The notes under the pieces: model-generated
Seen by the model: the letters and a program-made list of their open reading frames with translations, nothing else
Told to the model about the DNA's origin: nothing
Databases searched by the model: none
Origin: Peribolospora baueri
Taxonomy: Eukaryota
Assembly (NCBI GenBank): GCA_029717555.1
Contig: JAMDHS010000053.1
Coordinates: 1 to 64,000, forward strand
DNA: 64,000 nt
Direction: 5' to 3'
Made by a program: the position numbers and the translations under genes
Shown: one piece after another, positions 13,244 through 25,339 of the stretch
How the letters are laid out: each line of letters opens with the position of its first letter
Position numbering within the stretch: the first letter of the stretch is position 1

Positions 13244-13686
13244 CTTGGCCTCGAAAGCACACCGCTGGTGGAGGTGGTCAGTTAAGCGAGAGTCGGGCCG
13301 AGCTCGGGAAGGACGACCGACTGCGCACCTTGAGGGCGGAGAAGGACGCTCGCAAGCGGCGATCGATGTCGGCGTGCTTCCTTCCAGTCCCCCTCGGTCT
13401 AGCTCCAGCAAGTGCTCGGCGTCTTCTCCCTTTGCACTCGGCCACGACTTCTTCGAATGTTCTCGTCCTACCAGGTAACATCAGACAGCCGCCAGCATTT
13501 CGATCCCGCTTGCTTGATTGGCAAGCCTCGGGTCCTGTCCCACCTCCTCACATCCTTCGCAGGGCCTAGGACAAGCTCGACCTTGATCGCCGATTGTCGA
13601 TCATCTCCAGGCCTTGTCTCTGGCGACTATACTTCCTCTCTTCCCGTGATTTTTCCTTGAGCTGGCAGCTTCTGCACCGGGAAACC

Positions 13687-14883
13687 ATGCCTACCGACAT
13701 TGAAAAAGGAGAGAATGCCCCCCGGTCCGGCCGATCCTCGCCGTCCGTCGACACGTCCAATGGCAATGGGTATCTGGGCTACCTCTTCCGACGACGCAAG
13801 CTCCTCCTCGTCCTCCTCGTCTCCCCTCTTGTTGTCCTCTTCTACGTCCACTTCATTCTCAAAGCGTCTTTATTTTCTCTATATGACTCGGGCTCTCCGC
13901 CGCCACGATCCGGGGTATTGCCGGTCGTTACCGGGATCGTGCGACCTGGAGGCGCGAGGCTCGACATCGGCCAAGGCGAGGCCGCCGGCTTGGTACCGCC
14001 CGTACGTCATCCGTCAGTAAAGGAGGATCCCGAAAGAGCAAGTTCTTTGGACGACTCCAATAAGTCACCAAAAGGGCCTCCCAGCCGATTCGTGCCGATT
14101 CCCGCAACCCAACCTCCTCCGCCCATTCTTCCACGCTCTTGCCTTCTCCTGTTCAACGCGCTCATGCTCCGCCCTGAAAATCCACGTAACCCCGCGTTCC
14201 AAGTGAGCCGGACTTTCATCCAGGACATGAAGGACGCGATGGCGGCGGAGCGGCTGGAGAAGTGGAGCCCCACAAGGGCGCAAGAGGCTCATAAATTCAT
14301 CCAGTGGATCGGAAAGGTCTTGGGTGATAGGGCGTACGGCACTGGCTCTGGTGGGCTGATGCAACTATGGGTAGAAGGAGGAAGCGTGTGGGAGAAGGAG
14401 ATGTTGAGCGAGCCGGAAAATCGGCTGGTCGTGTACTCCAAGACTTGTGAGTATATTTTTCTGGTCCAGCTAGCTCCGTCTTTTCTCTTCTGACTCGTGC
14501 GCTCTTCTCTCCGCATGGTGTTGCGTATTTTCCGCCTCTTTCCCAGACTGTCCCTTTTCCAAACGAGCCAAAGCTCTCCTGAAAGCCCTCGGAGTTCCGC
14601 ACCGAGTGGTCGAAGTTGACATTCGAAGTGAGTCTCCATTTTCGTTCTTGCGATTCTACACCGCTGAAGGTACGCCAACTGACCTTGTGCTGCATACCTT
14701 GTATTGTCTCTAGCTGACTCAGATCTTGTCAAGGAAGCCCTCAGCGCGTTCACCGGTCACTCCACATTTCCCAATGTCATTCTCGCTGGCGAGAGTTTGG
14801 GAGGCGCAGACGACCTCGATGCTCTGCACTCGAGCGGGAGGCTCGAGGAAATGCTCAAGGAGAAGGGTCTTCTCAAAACGTGA
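13687..14883 (+). CDS. Membrane-anchored monothiol glutaredoxin (Grx6/7-like)
   Basis: Signal-anchor RRRKLLLVLLVSPLVVLFYVHF; spliced active site VVYSKTY-CPFS-KRAK; TGHSTFPNV and LGGADDL glutaredoxin motifs. Confidence 0.88.
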
Positions 14884-15339
14884 TACGATGTCCGGGCCTT
14901 TGAGAGCCTTTGTCCATTTCTTCGTCGCGTTCTGTGTCTCTGCAGAATCAGCAAGGATTCGTCTTCTCTCGTCCCCTTCCTTTCACTCGCTCTAGACGGA
15001 TGATCGACTTGCCCAATGGAAGTGTAGTATACCTCGACATATTTGCATTGCCCTTTTCCCACTCTTTATTCACCACCCGTCACCCGAAAGGCTTGAGGAA
15101 AGGAGTGCAAGAATGAAAGGAGGGGAATGGATCGACACGGTCGCGTCTGTGCGCGCACGGCGGGACCTTCCCGCAGCCGAGCGCCGGCGGCCGTGCCTGG
15201 AACCGCCCCGGACGGTTGAATTGTGGACTCAATATATTCTTGCAGTGCGAGAAGACCAACACTCCCATTCCCACTCTCGCCTTTTTGCCCCCCTGAGACT
15301 CTCCACCGGCATCAGCAGCTAGCTAAAGTTCCTTCTCCC

Positions 15340-18300
15340 ATGCCCTCCTTCCAGGACGACTACCGTCCACACATCACCAACCTCCGCGATGGCGAGGTAG
15401 TGTTCGACGTGCGTGCCTGTTTCCCGCGTATACTCACCCTCACTGGCTGACCGCAAATGATATATGCGGGTTCCTCGCGCGACTTTGCATCTAATGTCTG
15501 TAATTGCTCGCTCACTTGTTCGCCCACTGGCCTGTTTCACTCTGCACAGCGCCTCGTGCTCGTGCATGGCACCGTCGGCCCAGTGGGCAAGTTCTTCGAT
15601 GCTTCGATCCTAATGGACGGCAGCGGCCAGTTTGCGCCGCAAATGTGGCAGGTAACGGATGGTGCGCTAGCGGAAGACGGTCGTTCTTTTGACGCATCGG
15701 GCTGGGCGTTGACCAAGTTGGTTGCTGGTCCTCCGCCCGCACTCTCTCACAGGCTATTTCAAGGCCCTCGTCCCCCTCAGCCCCGGCCCCCAGACTCTTC
15801 GCTTCAGTTATGTCCCTTCTCCCTGTCCTATCCCGACGTCAAGTCTACCCTCTCTCGATCCTTCGTGGCCCTTTGCGACGCTCAACGTCACTTACACCCC
15901 TCGGCCGCACAATCCGCCTCTACATCTCGCCGTCCTCGTGGCCAAGGATAGCGAGCTGAAAGTCGATTGCCCGCCGGAAAGAAGAGGCATTGACGACGGC
16001 CTAGACGTGGTCCTTCGCAAGTTTGCGCTCCAAGCTTACATGTGGCAGGTGGGGTACACGTGGGAGAAGCCCGCTACGGGTGGGAGAAGCCCGCTACGGG
16101 AAGGAGGGTATTGTCCTTTCCGTTCTCACTCACTCTTGTTATCCTCTGTCTTCGAACGCCGCTCGCCGACGGTTTCAAACACCCCTCTCTGCTTCCCAGG
16201 CATATACCACCGAGCAGATGCGTCGACATGGGCTCGGTCGTCGCTCGTTCCGTTTCGACGAGGTCGACAACGCAGATATAGTTCAAGACATTGCTCAGCT
16301 ACCCAAGATCCATATTCTCAGAAGTCAAAGGACGATGAAAGAGATTAGAGAGAAAGATAACGCTCAGCAGTACCAGGGCGGTAAGTGAAGCGGTCTTTCG
16401 TCTTCTTGCTAGCAAGAGCTGTTTCTCGTTTCGCTCCGTTAACCCATGAGCACTCGTCTTTACTTTTCTCTATTCTGTGCGTCTGACCACATGGACACGA
16501 GCAGCCAAACGAGGCGCTGCAATGCTCGACTTCACGGTGGACGTTCTCGAATCTCCATCCTGCCCTCCCGAGATTTTACACGACAACGGTGCTCACGTCG
16601 CTTGCCTGACATTGGACACTCAATGGGACCCTCGCATTCGGCTTTTGCGCGGTCATGCCGCCGTAGGGTTTGGCGGTCCGGGACAAGGACTCAAGGTGGG
16701 CGTATGCGGGAGTCATTGGATCCATGCCGCTCCTCGCGGTCTGGAGGAGGTTACAATGAAGTTCCTGGACGAGGGGAGGACGGATGAGAGGTTTTGCGTG
16801 AACGATCTCGGCGAGGTGAGCTCCGTTGCGAAGGACTTGCAAAGACGCGCTGTTGTCTGCTGTCGTCCTGATGAGAATGTGGTCCTTGCTTCTTTGGCGC
16901 ATCGTCGAAAGTGTGGAACGAGTGAGTCGCTCCAAAAGCCATACTCGTTCCGGTCGCGTTTTACTTGCGCTCATTAGTTTCCCCACCTTTATGACATGCG
17001 GATTTGTAGATTGGGAGGTGAGATTTTGCACCCACCTCTTGCTCATGGCTGATGAGACTGGACTGATTGAGTTCATATCGGACGCTGAAGACGCTGAACA
17101 TCGGTTCTGGGTGAGTAGACGAGACGTGGCAGTGACATCCGAGGACGCGGTTGGCTGAAAAAGCCGTCTTTCCGCGCCGCGCCCCTGCTTCCCCATTAGC
17201 GCGTTTCTCCATGAGGTGAGGGGAGGAAGGGATAGAGAACAGGTGTACCGTGCTGGAAGCGTAGCTGATCTCTGCGGTCTTTGTCCGCAAGACCGGACAT
17301 GCGTTCAACAATCCTCACCATCCATCCGGCATCATGGCCCGAGGTTAGTTCCTAGCGGCCGACGATGTGTCCAGACTCGCCGATTTTTTGGTCCTTACGC
17401 AAGCGCTCTGTCACCTCGACAGGCTATCAAGAGTGGAACCGCGCCTTCATGACCCGCGAAGGGCATTCCACCCGCACAGGCTCGCGTTTCAAGCGGCCGA
17501 TCGCGGAGGACGACAGCGACCTGAATCACTGGCATAGGTTGGCTGCCATCCGTTTCCGGTTCCATCCTTCTTTCCGTCTGCCGTCCGACCCGCCGTTGCC
17601 CAGTCTCCGGGAGGCCCAATTCCAAGGCCATCAAGGGTGGAAGACGTACTTGGACTCCTGGCCGTCGTGGCAGCCTGTCGACGAGGGCATCGTGCTCTCC
17701 TGCGCAGCCGGTATCGCCCTCGTGGAGATCGAAGTGGATGATCAGTTCAAGAGCCACATAGAGTGGCCATTTGTTGACCCTCCGTCGCAGCCAGCCCCAC
17801 CCACAAGCATCCTGATCACGCCACAGTACCTTTCGCAGCGCATCGGAAGGGACGCAATGAGCTGCAAGGTCACCATGAAAGCGCTCGCCACGAACCACAA
17901 TGACGCGACTTTGCCGGATTTCAGAGGCGCGTCCGAGAGAATGCTTGTCCAGGGCGTCGAAGGCCCCGTCGTGAAAGGCGTTGCGTTTGGGCAGGAGTCG
18001 GAAAACCCGAGGCTGAGATGGATGGTGCCTCTGCCGAGCGCATTCGGTCGTGGACGAGGACCGAGATTGACGAGGGTAACTGTGGGTGAACGATGCGCTC
18101 CAAGTCCATCTCTGTTTCGCACAGACACGGAGACGATTTCGCTCTTCTCTTTCTCCGACGTCAGGTCCATTCAGGCGCCTGCTTGGATGGTATCTCGTTC
18201 AAGTTCGCCGACGGCAGTCGCATAGTCGTTGGTTCTGATTCGGGAGGCTCACCTCACCACTTTGATTTGCACGCGGGCGAGACGGTTGAGAAGCTCCACG

Positions 18301-18733
18301 TGCGCTCTGGCGTTTGGCTAGACGCGGTGCAGGTCGTCACTAGCAGTGGTCGGGTGAGCCCTATGTATGGGGGAACTGGAGGAGGGCTTCGGACCATCGG
18401 TGAGCGAGTTGTGCTCCTGGTCTCATATCGTACTAACGCCTCTTGAGATGACCGATACATTACGATCGACATCGTATCCCCCACTTCCATCTCCTGTAGA
18501 GCCTCCTCCGGGGCACACTCTTGTGGGCCTGTACGGATCGAGCATGGACGGCGGCGGGGGCCGACTTGGCTGGACCGCCTCCCTCGGTGAGTGGAGCGTT
18601 CGTCGTCTCGCCAGCCGCATGTCCGAGGGTTGATCGCTGGCGTGGGCTGGCTTGCTGATGGCTGTCGTCGATCGTCCTCTCTTGGCCTCGGGTCGTTTCG
18701 CGTCGCGTAGGAGGACTCTATCAAAGATTATGA
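15340..18733 (+). CDS. Putative zinc metallopeptidase with C-terminal jacalin-like lectin domain (YIL108W-like; multi-exon)
   Basis: FKALVPLSPGP, PPLHLAVLVAKDS, WQAYTTEQMRRHGLGRRSFRFDE, GHAAVG, AFLHE..GHAF (HExxH across an intron), GIMARG, WHRLAAIRFRFHPSFRLPSD; jacalin-like VRSGVWLDAVQVVTSSGRVSPMYGGTGG. Confidence 0.88.
16061..16100. repeat. 20-bp perfect tandem duplication inside an intron
   Basis: TGGGAGAAGCCCGCTACGGG occurs twice in tandem. Confidence 0.95.
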
Positions 18734-20625
18734 TCCCCTAAGTGCTTGCACGCTTTAAACCATAGACGCCGCCTTGTAACTCTTCCAATGGGGATGTAAA
18801 CGTGTATACGCGCTGAAAGGCTGTATGGACGAAAGCTTGCACGACCGGCCGACACATCCTCCATCCTCTGGTGTGTGTAGCTCTCATGGCGTCCTTCAAC
18901 CTTCCTGTGGTCCACGCGTATCCGTCTCCCACGACACTGGCACGTATTCTTCTGGCGGTGCCTGCAATGGAAGACAAAAGTCAGTTGAGAGCGATGTAAA
19001 CAAAACAGGGCGACGAGAGGGTTAGGGATCATATACGCGCATTGTTCCTCTGCACGTTTCTTTCGTCGAAGGATCCAAAAACTGCCTGCCTCCCTCCAAC
19101 CCACCGGGACGCCCTTCAGCTTCATGCTTATCGTTCATTTTTTTTGTTTTGAAGCGCGCCTTGTCTTGAGCGGCTGTCTTGGAGCGGTTGCGTGCCGTCC
19201 TAGAATCAAGCGTCTTCTCTATCCGCCCAAGTCGCGACAAAGTGCTTGCCTTGGAGAGAGGTCGTACGTCGCATTTTGGCAATCGTATACTTGACATGAT
19301 TGGGGTTGAGTCGCCTGCAAAACATGAATCAAGAAACATGAGCGGGGTGTGAGAGTCCCAGAGTGAATATGGTGCTGCGTATATCGACGGTCGAATCGAT
19401 GCTGAGGAATGTCGAAGTCTGTGGTACGACAGACTGAACCGCCAGCCGTGAGCTCACGCACGCGGACCAGATCGAAAACTAACACATCGAGCCTTCTCTG
19501 GAAGATCAAGGACGCCTACTCCATCGACAAGAAGAGTCTACTCGTCCGTAGGCCTAAGCCTGTGCATAGAAGAAGGAGCAAGTCGGCAAGCAAGTGCACA
19601 GTCGTAAACCAAGGCCACGGCACAAAGTCACGCTCACTTCTTCATCTCTTGCAGGACGAGCGCCTTTCGGGGAAGGAGGGAAGGGTCCTCCTCTGAGTCG
19701 CCCTTCCGCTCACGTTCACGTTTTAACCTTATACTCATATCGGGCCCCCACCGAACCGCTGACCGGCACCGGAGTGCACGCAGCTAAATTTTGTGATGGT
19801 GAAGGTGCTTGGCGGTCGGAGAAGAGCGCAGATGATAATCAAGACTGCAAGTGTGTGCGTGCGACATTAGACTGTCAGCGGGACGTGACATGGTCAAATA
19901 GATGGCCAGCACAATATGACATACCAATGAGTAGGAAGTAGACGATGGGTTCTCAGGCGATGGAAACATCATAGAAGACGAAGAGCGATAATAGAAGAAA
20001 CACTTCAACGACCGGGGACTGGGCGACTCGCGTAATCGACGCGACAGGGTGTAGCGTGCGCTAAAGTGCAAGAGTAAAAAAAAAAACATTGGCACAACTG
20101 CAAGAATTGAGGTTTTACACTCTGCTGTGAGCTCGTACATCTTATATTGGACGTTTACACCGTGCCCGCGGCGTAAGGAAAAAAAAAAAAAAGTTCGGAT
20201 GAGGCGACGGGAAGCACGATCGAGGTCTTGGTCGTTGGCCGGCGGGGGTTCCGTGTGACTATGGTAGGTAAGAGAGAGTCAGGAGCGCCATGTGCGGAAG
20301 CCCATCGCCGAAGAAAGTGTGCATCGTGCCTTCGTCTCGGCTTCTAAAATACCGGCTTCTAGAAGACCGGCCTTGCTCATTCCCGCGCCGCAACGCCGCA
20401 CGAAGTCGCTTTCGAAGTGGAGGTGCGCTGCGCCTCTCCGAGTTTGTTTGTTTGTTTGTTTTTTTCATCCTACTTTCATGGGGCAGCTAGGGAACGACCG
20501 GCCAGATGCCCTCAGTCACGGACTGTTTCGGATTCGTTCGAGAACGGTCTGGACGGAAACGAGGAGGCAAAACTGGAGACGGCATCATGGACGTCCGTAG
20601 GTACAATTTACGAGCTCTTTCATCG

Positions 20626-21215
20626 CCGAAGCGGCGAAGCGCGCACGGAAGCTCGTGGGAAGAAGGCCCATGCGCTGCCCAGGGTCGGAGGGATTCGGGA
20701 GGCTCTGGATTCCACTGAGGTCAGCGATATATATATATAAAAGGACCAGTGTGCCCTCTGCGCCAGGTGCCCCGCACGTTCGCCCGCTTTAACAGTTTTA
20801 ATTAAGGATTAAGGAAGCAACTGCAGAAACCGCTAAAGCAACTGCCGAAAGAAAAGGTTATAAAGATTATAGGATCTATACGCGCCGCCAGGCCCGGAGG
20901 GTTAAAACTAACCGGAAGAAGAAAGTAGGGGTATAAAATTGTGTCACGGAGAAAACGGGCGGAGGATCTCTGGATATACAATATTATCAGTGATTCGGTC
21001 GGTATTGTTTGGGGAGCAGAGCAGGGAAAGGCCATCGACATCAGTGGTCCTGGTATAAAGGACTAGTCTCCGCCCGGGGCGTGTTTTCCCCCGGGAACTC
21101 ATACGTGTAACAGGACAGAACTGCTTCCCGTGCACTTAGGATCGACTCATACAGTAGACCGGTCGCACACCGAGCCAACCCGAACCAGAACCAAGTCGAG
21201 ATACGGTCCCCGACA
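20626..21215 (+). repeat. 5' LTR (recognisable part), interrupted by an insert of about 315 bp
   Basis: GCCGAAGCGGCGAAGCGCGCACGGA and the TATAAAG-ACTAGTCTCCGCCCGGGGCG...CCCCGACA block are shared with the 3' LTR. Confidence 0.8.
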
Positions 21216-23789
21216 GTAGTTCCACCCACCTCATCACCCCGTTCCCTGTGTGACAACCGGACCAGCGTCAGCAATGCCGCCAAGGACCACCGCCAGCGCG
21301 GCAGCAGCAGCCGCAGAATCGACAAACGACCCTGTCGCCACTCTTGTCGAATAACTCTCCGACCGCGTCAAGGCTCTCGAGGAGGCAAATCGAAGCCGAC
21401 GGGAAAGCCTTCGAGAGCTGGAGGAGGAGCGCGCCCTCTTCCTCGCAGCCGGAGAGCCTTGCGTCGCCGACCGTCGCCAAGGAGCCTAGCCTCGACGGTG
21501 TAGGAGGAAGAGGAGTGGAGACGAGAGGCAGGAGGAAGGGAAACCTGCAGGGTCAGGCCCTGATGGCAAGCTCGTCAGCAGGATCGATGGACGCGACGAT
21601 GCCAGGCAGCGGCCAGGTCGCAAGGCGGAAGCGGCTGAGTGACGAGGAGAAGAGGCGCCTCCAAGAGCTAGGAGCTAGGATGGCGTTTCACATGCGGCAC
21701 GGCGGGACACATCACGAGGGAGTGCCCGACGAGGACGGCAGCAAGGGGCACAACGAAGCCGGCGGCGAAGGTGAACACGGCGTATGTGGTCACCAAGGGC
21801 GAGGAATCCAACTTTGTTTGTCTCATGTTGCCGCGAGCCCAGCCGGAGAGCAGCACGCTGCTGTTCACGACCGTCGAGATGCATGGACACGGGGCGCCCG
21901 TACCCGCGAAGGCGCTAGTCGACTGCGCTGCGTCCATGACGTTCATCTCCGAAGACTTTGTCCAGGCACGCTCGCTGCGCACCTACTCTCTCAGCGAGCC
22001 AGGCCCCGTCACCCGGTTCGGAGGAGCCGTGAAGGACGACGTAACCAGAGAGGCGACATTCTTAGTTGCCCCGACGCGCGGCTGGGACCTCATGCTGAGC
22101 CAGCCGTTCCTCATCAAGAACGGAATCCAACTGGACTTCGCCGTACCGAGATACCGTATCGACGGCGCAGTAGTCCCATTCGACCCACCGACGAGGCCGA
22201 CGAATGTTGACGCAACCCCGGGACGACGCGCTAGCCAGAGCTCAAGCGCCCCCGATGTGCGGTTCGTCTCGGCTCTCGAGTTTCAGCAGCCGTTGCAGCT
22301 GGAAAGACATGCCCGCGCGACGAGCCTGGTCGAGCTCGGTAGCTCCAAGGCTACGGCCAACGTCGTAGCGGATGTCGACGAAGACCCGGAAGACGACCTA
22401 GGGGACAAGGATGAGATTGGCGCCCTCATCCCGTCAAATCATCACGAGTTCGTGAGCGTCTTCTCGAAGGCGAAAGGAGTCAGCTACCGCCAGTCACGAA
22501 GAGCACGACGACCATGTTCACCGTATTCTGCAAAGCCTCAAGGATGTTGGCTCGTACGCCAGTCCGAAGAAGTGCCAATTACAGTCGAGTGCAGTGTCTC
22601 CTGGAGAGGAGGCAGTACTGCGAAGGGAACGTCACGTCCGTCGAAGTCCTTAGAGCGCTGATGTGGTTCGTCACGAAACCGTCTTCTCAACCGCCGCCAA
22701 GCCCGGTGGGCGACCAAGCTCGCGACTTCGATTTCACGATCGCCTATGGACCGGGCCTGGAGGGCGGCAAACCCGACGCATTGACGCGCAGGAGCGACGT
22801 CTATTGGGGGGGGGGGGGGAAGAGACGCCCACGCGACCCACCAACGGCAAGACCCGCACGAAGGAGCTGAACTTTATGGCGCTGTTGCGGCCGGATCGGC
22901 TCAAGGCGGAAGCGAACGCGTTGGAGGTAGCGACATTGACGACGGTCCCGGACGACATCATCTTGCTCGTCAAGGAGGCGCAAGCCAAGGACGAGAAGAT
23001 AGCAGGATGGGTAGCCGAGCTCCGTAGCTCAGAAGCGACGAAGCTCAGGGACAAAGGCTACCACTCGCTTTTGGAGATACGCGCGAGCTTAGAGGCGGGG
23101 TCGGCGGAATATCAGGAGTACGCGGCCGACCTCCGCTTACTTCACGAATACCTACGACAAGAAATGCGCCGCGCGCAAGCAGCGTACGCGGCCGACTACG
23201 ACAAGAGGCGCTCGACGGTACCCGAGTACCGACCCGGCGAGAAAGTGTGGCCGTCGACCGAGAACCTGAAGACGAAGAGGCCGATGAAGAAACTCGATAT
23301 CAAGCATCTAGGGCCCCTCAAGGTTCTCGCGAAGGTGTCGAGCCATGCCCACAAGCTCAACTTGCCGCCTAAAGTCAAAGTGCATCCTGTTTTCCATGTC
23401 AGCCTACTCGAACCCTACTGACCGAACAGGATCGCCAACCGAAAACAGCCACCGCCACCTCCGGTCGAGGTCTAGGGCGAGGCTGAGTTCGAGGCGGAGG
23501 CGATCTTGGATTCGAAGCTGACGCGAGGAGACAGGTTGTGGTACCTCGTCAAGTGGATGGGATACCAGGGCGCGGAGGAAACGACGTGGGAGCCGTCAGA
23601 GCACCTCGAGCGAAGTGAGGAGCTAGTGGACGAGTTTCACGCACAGTACCCGCAGAAGCCCAAGCCTGGTGACGAGTTCGAGCCCAAGGGAAAACGGGCT
23701 CGACGAAGTTGACCAAGACAAGAACATACACGATTCGGCTTCGAGCTAGCGAAGTGAGTCCAGCAGCGACTGCAGGGAAGAGGGGAGCA

Positions 23790-24412
23790 TCGCAAGATCG
23801 AACCACCGCACGGTGGTGGGTCGCGAGCTCGCCGCGCAGATCCCCAACCCCACGGCCAACACCCACGAACCGACTCCATCCGAAGGCACCACCGCCACTT
23901 CGTCAATATTCGCCTCCACGTCAACTCCGCCGTAATCAGATCAGCAAGCATCGAAGGAACGAAGGGTGCCGCACAAGCGGTCGCGGGGCCCCTCGGCGTT
24001 CCTACACTTACGGCGAGACGCGGATGGCGGAGCTGGGACGAAGCGCGGGGATGGGAAGGAGAGTTTGCAGAGGATGTGCGACGAGGACGCCGCACCTGGG
24101 AAGAGACGGGCTGATGTAAGGCCCCGGGCCAGGGGAACGGTTGCCGATGCTGGTCGCAGCTGCCGTAGCGAGCGGCCGAAGCGGCGAAGCGCGCACGGAC
24201 GTTCGTGGGAAGAACCCGATCCGGTTCGTGTATATATAAAGAACTAGTCTCCGCCCGGGGCGAGTTTTCTCCCTGGTGGAACTCATACGTGCAACCAGGA
24301 CAGGACTGCTTCCTGTGCACTTAGGACCGTCAGCCGCCGACAGACGCTTCCTCGATCGTCGCACACCGCACCGACCCGTCAGCCCAGTAAAATCGAGGTA
24401 CGGTCCCCGACA
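23790..24412 (+). repeat. 3' LTR
   Basis: Follows the polypurine tract GGGAAGAGGGGAG; TATA box at about 24231-24240; ends CCCCGACA. Confidence 0.8.
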
Positions 24413-24562
24413 GGCACCGGTGTCAGTGCTATGCAATATGAGGTATGTTTAGTATGCATATAGACCGGTGTTTTGGCTGGGGAACAAGCGGGAAAGGGAG
24501 ATCGCTATGCACTATGCGAAGGTGTGCTTATGGACCCGTATGCTAATAGATAGGGTTGACTG

Positions 24563-24994
24563 TATATGGTCCTTCGTCTGCGTGGATTACAACGAGCGTG
24601 GGGAGGTTGCGCTTCTAGGCTCCGCACGCGGGCGGAACGCCGATCGCACGGTCGCCGCGTCGCGTGGCTCATTTCCGACGGATAATATAATAAAAGCCCG
24701 CGGAGGAGATGCGAGGCGACGCTTGCGCACGTGACCCGGTGCGCTGCAGAGCACCCGCTAGGGTATCGTGCGCACCACCTCGTCTCGTCACGCCAGTTTT
24801 GGTGCGGGGACGCACGCGTGTATCGCCTGCACGTCGAGCGCCCGCCCGCGTGTGTGTGGTCGTACAAGCAAGTTTCCAGGCAACGACACCGCAACTTTTC
24901 GGCGCAAATCCTTGTATTTCCCGCGGCGTATTGCACTCACTGCCAAGCGCGATCGGCGTACCGCCCGCGTGCGGAGCCTAGAAGCGCAACCTCC
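24563..24994 (+). mobile_element. MITE-like TIR element, copy 2 (left TIR 24563-24647 intact, right TIR truncated 24949-24994)
   Basis: Internal inverted repeat between its two ends; body matches 253-591; no coding capacity. Confidence 0.85.
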
Positions 24995-25339
24995 GTCCAT
25001 AGTTCTATGGATGGCGCCCATCTTCGCCGGAAGCGGCGACTGGATGGGGGGAAGGTGGGGACCGAGGCGACCGGGCCAGTCGGTAGAGGAGGGAGGTGGT
25101 CGTGTTGTGTGTGCCCAGGAAATTCTATTTAAACCCCTCGTACTTACTCGTACCGCTCGCCCTCCTCCACCTCTCCTACCTCTCTCTACCCATCCTACTC
25201 CAGCGACTCCGCTTCTGGCAAGCAAAGTCTTTCTTCTTCGTTCGCTTCTGGCAAGCTTTTTATCCTCCTTATTCCTCCCATACCTTAAACGCTCCTTGTT
25301 AGGTCCTCTTCTGCTCGCCCCAAGCCTCCGCCTCCCGAC

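Larger units (their letters stand above)
20626..24412 (+). mobile_element. Degenerate, internally deleted Ty3/Gypsy chromovirus LTR retrotransposon (5' boundary uncertain, may extend to about 20290)
   Basis: Related LTRs both ending CGGTCCCCGACA (21215 and 24412); gag zinc knuckle relic RFTCGTAGHITREC; protease ALVDCAASMTFIS; RNase H C-terminus DFTIAYGPG..KPDALTR; integrase tail GPLKV..HPVFHVSLLEPY; chromodomain YLVKWMGY..TWEP; polypurine tract at about 23774-23787; RT and integrase core absent; stops and frameshifts. Confidence 0.93.
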
